From: Eledone cirrhosa
Taxonomy: Eukaryota
NCBI GenBank assembly: GCA_964016885.1
Contig: OZ024744.1
Coordinates: 119,102,001-119,166,000, forward strand
Length of the DNA stretch: 64,000 bases
Direction of reading: 5' to 3'
The notes beneath the pieces were generated by a model. It was not told the origin of the DNA and made no database searches. It was given only the letters and a program-made list of their open reading frames with translations. Positions 57,641 to 64,000 of the stretch are shown here, piece by piece; positions within the stretch are counted from its first letter, which is position 1, and every line of letters begins with the position of its first letter. The position numbers and the translations under genes were made by a program.

Positions 57641-60600
57641 ATTATTACTGTAACAACTGACTAATGTTACTAACATTATTACTGTAACAACTGACTTGGT
57701 TTTACTTACATTATTACTGTAACAACTGACTTGGCGTTACTAACATTATTACTGTAACAACTGACTAATGTTACTAACATTATTACTGTAACAACTGACT
57801 TGGTGTTACTAACATTATTACTGTAACAACTGACTAATGTTACTAACATTATTACTGTAACAACTGACTTGGTGTTACTAACATTATTACTGTAACAACT
57901 GACTTGGTGTTACTAACATTATTACTGTAAAAACTGACTAATGTTACTAACATTATTACTGTAACAACTGTCTTGGTGTTACTAACATTATTACTGTAAC
58001 AAATGACTAATGTTACTAACATTATTACTGTAACAACTGACTAATGTTACTAACATTATTACTGTAACAACTGACTAATGGTACTAACATTATTACTGTA
58101 ACAACTGACTTGGTGTTACTAACATTATTACTGTAGCAACTGACTTGGTGTTACTAACATTATTACTGTAACAACTGACTTGGTGTTACTAACATTATTA
58201 ATGTAACAACTGGCTAATGTTACTAACATTATTACTGTAACAACTGACTTGGTGTTACTAACATTATTACTGTAACAACTGGCTAATGTTACTAACGTTA
58301 TTACTGTAACAACTGACTAGGTGTTACTAACATTATTACTGTAACAACTGACTTGGTGTTACTAACATTATTACTGTAACAACTGACTAATGTTACTAAC
58401 ATTATTACTGTAACAACTGACTTGGCGTTACTAACATTATTACTGTAACAAATGACTAATGTTACTAACATTATTACTGTAACAACTGACTAATGTTACT
58501 AACATTGTTACTGTAAAAACTGACTAATGGTACTAACATTATTACTGTAACAACTGACTTGGTGTTACTAACATTATTACTGTAACAACTGACTTGGTGT
58601 TACTAACATTATCACTGTAACAACTGACTAATGTTACTAACATTATTACTGTAACAACTGACTAATGTTACTAACATTATTACTGTAACAATTGACTTGG
58701 TGTTACTAACATTATTACTGTAACAACTGACTTGGTGTTACTAACATTATTACTGTAACAACTGACTAATGGTACTAACATTATTACTGTAACAACTGAC
58801 TAATGGTACTAACATTATTACTGTAACAACTGACTTGGTGTTACTAACGTTATTACTGTAACAACTGACTTGGTGTTACTAACATTATTACTGTGACAAC
58901 TGACTAATGTTACTAACATTATTACTGTAACAACTGACTTGGTGTTACTTACATTATTACTGTAACAACTGACTTGGTGTTACTAACATTATTACTGTAA
59001 CAACTGACTTGGTGTTACTAACATTATTACTGTAACAACGGACTTGGTGTTACTAACATTATTACTGTAATAATTGACTTGGTGTTACTAACATTATTAC
59101 TGTAACAACTGACTTGGCGTTACAAACATTATTACTGTAACAACTGACTTGGTGTTACTAACATTATTACTGTAACAACTGACTTGGTGTTACTAACATT
59201 ATTGCTGTAACAACTGACTTGGTGTTACTAACATTATTACTGTAACAACTGACTTGGTGTTACTAACATTATTACTGTAACAACTGACTTGGTGTTACAA
59301 ACATTATTACTGTAACAATTGACTTGGTGTTACTAACATTATTACTGTAACAATTGACTAATGTTACTAACATTATTACTGTAACAACTGACTTGGTGTT
59401 ACTAACATTATTACTGTAACAACTGACTTGGTGTTACTAACATTATTAATGTAACAACTGGCTAATGTTACTAACATTATTACTGTAACAACTGACTTGG
59501 TGTTACTAACATTATTACTGTAACAACTGGCTAATGTTACTAACGTTATTACTGTAACAACTGACTAGGTGTTACTAACATTATTACTGTAACAACTGAC
59601 TTGGTGTTACTAACATTATTACTGTAACAACTGACTAATGTTACTAACATTATTACTGTAGCAACTGACTTGGCGTTACTAACATTATTACTGTAACAAA
59701 TGACTAATGTTACTAACATTATTACTGTAACAACTGACTAATGTTACTAACATTGTTACTGTAAAAACTGACTAATGGTACTAACATTATTACTGTAACA
59801 ACTGACTTGGTGTTACTAACATTATTACTGTAACAACTGACTTGGTGTTACTAACATTATCACTGTAACAACTGACTAATGTTACTAACATTATTACTGT
59901 AACAACTGACTAATGTTACTAACATTATTACTGTAACAATTGACTTGGTGTTACTAACATTATTACTGTAACAACTGACTTGGTGTTACTAACATTATTA
60001 CTGTAACAACTGACTAATGGTACTAACATTATTACTGTAACAACTGACTAATGGTACTAACATTATTACTGTAACAACTGACTTGGTGTTACTAACGTTA
60101 TTACTGTAACAACTGACTTGGTGTTACTAACATTATTACTGTGACAACTGACTAATGTTACTAACATTATTACTGTAACAACTGACTTGGTGTTACTTAC
60201 ATTATTACTGTAACAACTGACTTGGTGTTACTAACATTATTACTGTAACAACTGACTTGGTGTTACTAACATTATTACTGTAACAACGGACTTGGTGTTA
60301 CTAACATTATTACTGTAATAATTGACTTGGTGTTACTAACATTATTACTGTAACAACTGACTTGGCGTTACAAACATTATTACTGTAACAACTGACTTGG
60401 TGTTACTAACATTATTACTGTAACAACTGACTTGGTGTTACTAACATTATTGCTGTAACAACTGACTTGGTGTTACTAACATTATTACTGTAACAACTGA
60501 CTTGGTGTTACTAACATTATTACTGTAACAACTGACTTGGTGTTACAAACATTATTACTGTAACAACTAACTAATGTTAATAACATTATTACTGTAACAA

Positions 60601-61050
60601 CTGACTTGGTGTTACTTACATTATTACTGTAACAACTGACTTGGTGTTACTAACATTATTACTGTAACAACTGACTTGGTGTTACTAACATTATTACTGT
60701 AACAACTGACTTGGTGTTACTAACATTATTACTGTAACAACTGACTTGGTGTTACTAACATTATTACTGTAACAACTGACTTGGTGTTACTAACATTATT
60801 ACTGTAACAACTGACTTGGTGTTACAAACATTATTACTGTAACAACTAACTAATGGTACTAACATTATTACTGTAACAACTGACTTGGTGTTACTTACAT
60901 TATTACTGTAACAACTGACTTGGTGTTACTAACATAATTACTGTAACAACTGACTTGGTGTTACTAACATTGTTACTGTAACAACTGACTTGGTGTTACT
61001 AACATTATTACTGTAACAACTGACTTGGTGTTACTAACATTATTACTGTA

Positions 61051-61159
61051 GTTCAAATCCCGCCGAAGTTAACTTTGCCTTTCATCCTTATGGGGTCGAT
61101 AAAATAAAGTACCAGTAATGTACTGGATAATTGCTGGCCTTGTGCCAAAAGTAGAAACA
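61051..61159 (+). mobile_element. 5'-truncated tRNA-derived SINE fragment, copy 3
   Basis: Identical by eye to copies 1 and 2; 3519 bp after copy 2 and 6723 bp after copy 1. Confidence 0.85.
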
Positions 61160-64000
61160 ATTATTACTGTAACAACTGACTAATGTTACTAACATTATTA
61201 CTGTAACAACTGACTTGGTTTTACTTACATTATTACTGTAACAACTGACTTGGCGTTACTAACATTATTACTGTAACAACTGACTAATGTTACTAACATT
61301 ATTACTGTAACAACTGACTTGGTGTTACTAACATTATTACTGTAACAACTGACTAATGTTACTAACATTATTACTGTAACAACTGACTTGGTGTTACTAA
61401 CATTATTACTGTAACAACTGACTTGGTGTTACTAACATTATTACTGTAAAAACTGACTAATGTTACTAACATTATTACTGTAACAACTGTCTTGGTGTTA
61501 CTAACATTATTACTGTAACAAATGACTAATGTTACTAACATTATTACTGTAACAACTGACTAATGTTACTAACATTATTACTGTAACAACTGACTAATGG
61601 TACTAACATTATTACTGTAACAACTGACTTGGTGTTACTAACATTATTACTGTAGCAACTGACTTGGTGTTACTAACATTATTACTGTAACAACTGACTA
61701 ATGTTACTAACATTATTACTGTAACAATTGACTTGGTGTTACTAACATTATTACTGTAACAACTGACTTGGTGTTACTAACATTATTACTGTAACAACTG
61801 ACTAATGGTACTAACATTATTACTGTAACAACTGACTAATGGTACTAACATTATTACTGTAACAACTGACTTGGTGTTACTAACGTTATTACTGTAACAA
61901 CTGACTTGGTGTTACTAACATTATTACTGTGACAACTGACTAATGTTACTAACATTATTACTGTAACAACTGACTTGGTGTTACTAACATTATTACTGTT
62001 ACAACTGACTATTGTTACTAACATTATTACTGTAACAACTGACTTGGTGTTACTAACATTATTACTGTAACAACTGACTTGGTGTTACTAACATTATTAC
62101 TGGAACAACTGACTTGGTGTTACTAACATTATTACTGTGACAACTGACTAATGTTACTAAGATTATTACTGTAACAACTGACTTGGTGTTACTAACATTA
62201 TTACTGTGACAACTGACTAATGTTACTAACATTATTACTGTAACAACTGACTCGGTGTTACTAACATTATTACTGGAACAACTGACTTGGTGTTACTAAC
62301 ATTATTACTGTAACAACTGACTAATGTTACTAACATTATTACTGTAACAACTGACTAATGTTACTAACATTATTACTGTAACAACTGACTTGGTGTTACT
62401 AACATTATTACTGTGACAACTGACTAATGTTACTAACATTATTACTGTAACAACTAACTAATGTTACTAACATTATTACTGTAACAACTGACTTGGTGTT
62501 ACTAACATTATTACTGTAACAACTGACTTGGCGTTACTAACATTATTACTGTGACAACTGACTAATGTTACTAACATTATTACTGTAACAACTGACTTGG
62601 TGTTACTAACATTATTACTGTAACAACTGACTTGGTGTTACTAACATTATTAATGTAACAACTGGCTAATGTTACTAACATTATTACTGTAACAACTGAC
62701 TTGGTGTTACTAACATTATTACTGTAACAACTGGCTAATGTTACTAACGTTATTACTGTAACAACTGACTAGGTGTTACTAACATTATTACTGTAACAAC
62801 TGACTTGGTGTTACTAACATTATTACTGTAACAACTGACTAATGTTACTAACATTATTACTGTAGCAACTGACTTGGCGTTACTAACATTATTACTGTAA
62901 CAAATGACTAATGTTACTAACATTATTACTGTAACAACTGACTAATGTTACTAACATTGTTACTGTAAAAACTGACTAATGGTACTAACATTATTACTGT
63001 AACAACTGACTTGGTGTTACTAACATTATTACTGTAACAACTGACTTGGTGTTACTAACATTATCACTGTAACAACTGACTAATGTTACTAACATTATTA
63101 CTGTAACAACTGACTAATGTTACTAACATTATTACTGTAACAATTGACTTGGTGTTACTAACATTATTACTGTAACAACTGACTTGGTGTTACTAACATT
63201 ATTACTGTAACAACTGACTAATGGTACTAACATTATTACTGTAACAACTGACTAATGGTACTAACATTATTACTGTAACAACTGACTTGGTGTTACTAAC
63301 GTTATTACTGTAACAACTGACTTGGTGTTACTAACATTATTACTGTGACAACTGACTAATGTTACTAACATTATTACTGTAACAACTGACTTGGTGTTAC
63401 TTACATTATTACTGTAACAACTGACTTGGTGTTACTAACATTATTACTGTAACAACTGACTTGGTGTTACTAACATTATTACTGTAACAACGGACTTGGT
63501 GTTACTAACATTATTACTGTAATAATTGACTTGGTGTTACTAACATTATTACTGTAACAACTGACTTGGCGTTACAAACATTATTACTGTAACAACTGAC
63601 TTGGTGTTACTAACATTATTACTGTAACAACTGACTTGGTGTTACTAACATTATTGCTGTAACAACTGACTTGGTGTTACTAACATTATTACTGTAACAA
63701 CTGACTTGGTGTTACTAACATTATTACTGTAACAACTGACTTGGTGTTACAAACATTATTACTGTAACAACTAACTAATGTTAATAACATTATTACTGTA
63801 ACAACTGACTTGGTGTTACTTACATTATTACTGTAACAACTGACTTGGTGTTACTAACATTATTACTGTAACAACTGACTTGGTGTTACTAACATTATTA
63901 CTGTAACAACTGACTTGGTGTTACTAACATTATTACTGTAACAACTGACTTGGTGTTACTAACATTATTACTGTAACAACTGACTTGGTGTTACTAACAT

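Larger units (their letters stand above)
1..64000. repeat. Satellite DNA array of intermixed 35-bp (A) and 34-bp (B) monomers, roughly 1,800 copies, running off both window ends
   Basis: Direct reading. A = TGACTTGGTGTTACTAACATTATTACTGTAACAAC (1-35, 36-70...). B = TGACTAATGTTACTAACATTATTACTGTAACAAC (first at 211-244). A minor TGACTTGCTG variant also occurs. All monomers have the same orientation, most with 0-2 substitutions. GC is 11/35 (A) and 9/34 (B), with no CpG in either consensus. Confidence 0.99.
51420..64000. repeat. SINE-containing higher-order repeat, period 6723 bp (3204 + 3519), with an internal 1248-bp sub-duplication
   Basis: Offsets of 6723: ATTAATG 51480/58203, GTTAATAA 53853/60576 and 57057/63780, CTAAGAT 55438/62161, SINE 54328/61051. 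The AACGGAC variant at 52317, 53565, 56769, 59040, 60288 and 63492 gives spacings of 1248, 3204, 2271, 1248 and 3204. Confidence 0.9.

Noticed and set aside
54328-61159. Three independent site-specific insertions
   Set aside because: Identical sequence, truncation point and flanking rare variants over about 2 kb indicate duplication of one event.
1-64000. CRISPR array (35-bp partly palindromic repeats, GTT...AAC-like ends)
   Set aside because: The repeats are contiguous with no unique spacers, leader or cas genes. The single insert is 109 bp, repeated identically and SINE-like.
1-64000. Long yeast-type telomeric repeat (CTTGGTGT resembles part of Candida telomere units)
   Set aside because: The match is only about 8 bp. 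The unit is longer than known telomerase-templated repeats and has no G-rich strand. Variants are inherited in kb blocks, which indicates recombination rather than templated synthesis, and an animal-type SINE is embedded.
1-64000. Definite centromere assignment
   Set aside because: It is plausible, but there is no CENP-B box or other diagnostic motif. Centromeric, pericentromeric and subtelomeric satellite cannot be told apart without CENP-A data or chromosomal position.

Overview
The whole 64-kb window is one head-to-tail satellite DNA array in a single orientation. It is built from two AT-rich, CpG-free monomers that are irregularly intermixed: a 35-bp type A (TGACTTGGTGTTACTAACATTATTACTGTAACAAC) and a 34-bp type B (TGACTAATGTTACTAACATTATTACTGTAACAAC), plus a minor TTGCTG type. 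Rare diagnostic variants reveal nested higher-order duplications with periods of about 968, 1248, 1451, 1586, 1798/1802, 2215, 2840 and 6723 bp, and longer-range block copies at offsets of about 9.3-11.9 kb. These are arranged in zones, each with its own variants. The only non-satellite sequence I found is a 109-bp insert in three identical copies (54328-54436, 57532-57640, 61051-61159). It starts with a Pol III B-box, carries a conserved SINE core (GCCTTTCATCCTT..GGGGTCGATAAA..AAGTACCAG) and is flanked by an apparent 12-bp target-site duplication. It looks like a 5'-truncated tRNA-derived SINE of a kind I recall from octopus genomes, inserted once and then amplified with the array. This points to an animal, possibly cephalopod, heterochromatic or centromeric locus. 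I see no credible protein-coding gene, RNA gene or CRISPR array; all listed ORFs are artefacts of alternating A/B (69-bp) dimers. All coordinates and offsets were counted by eye, and block boundaries are approximate.
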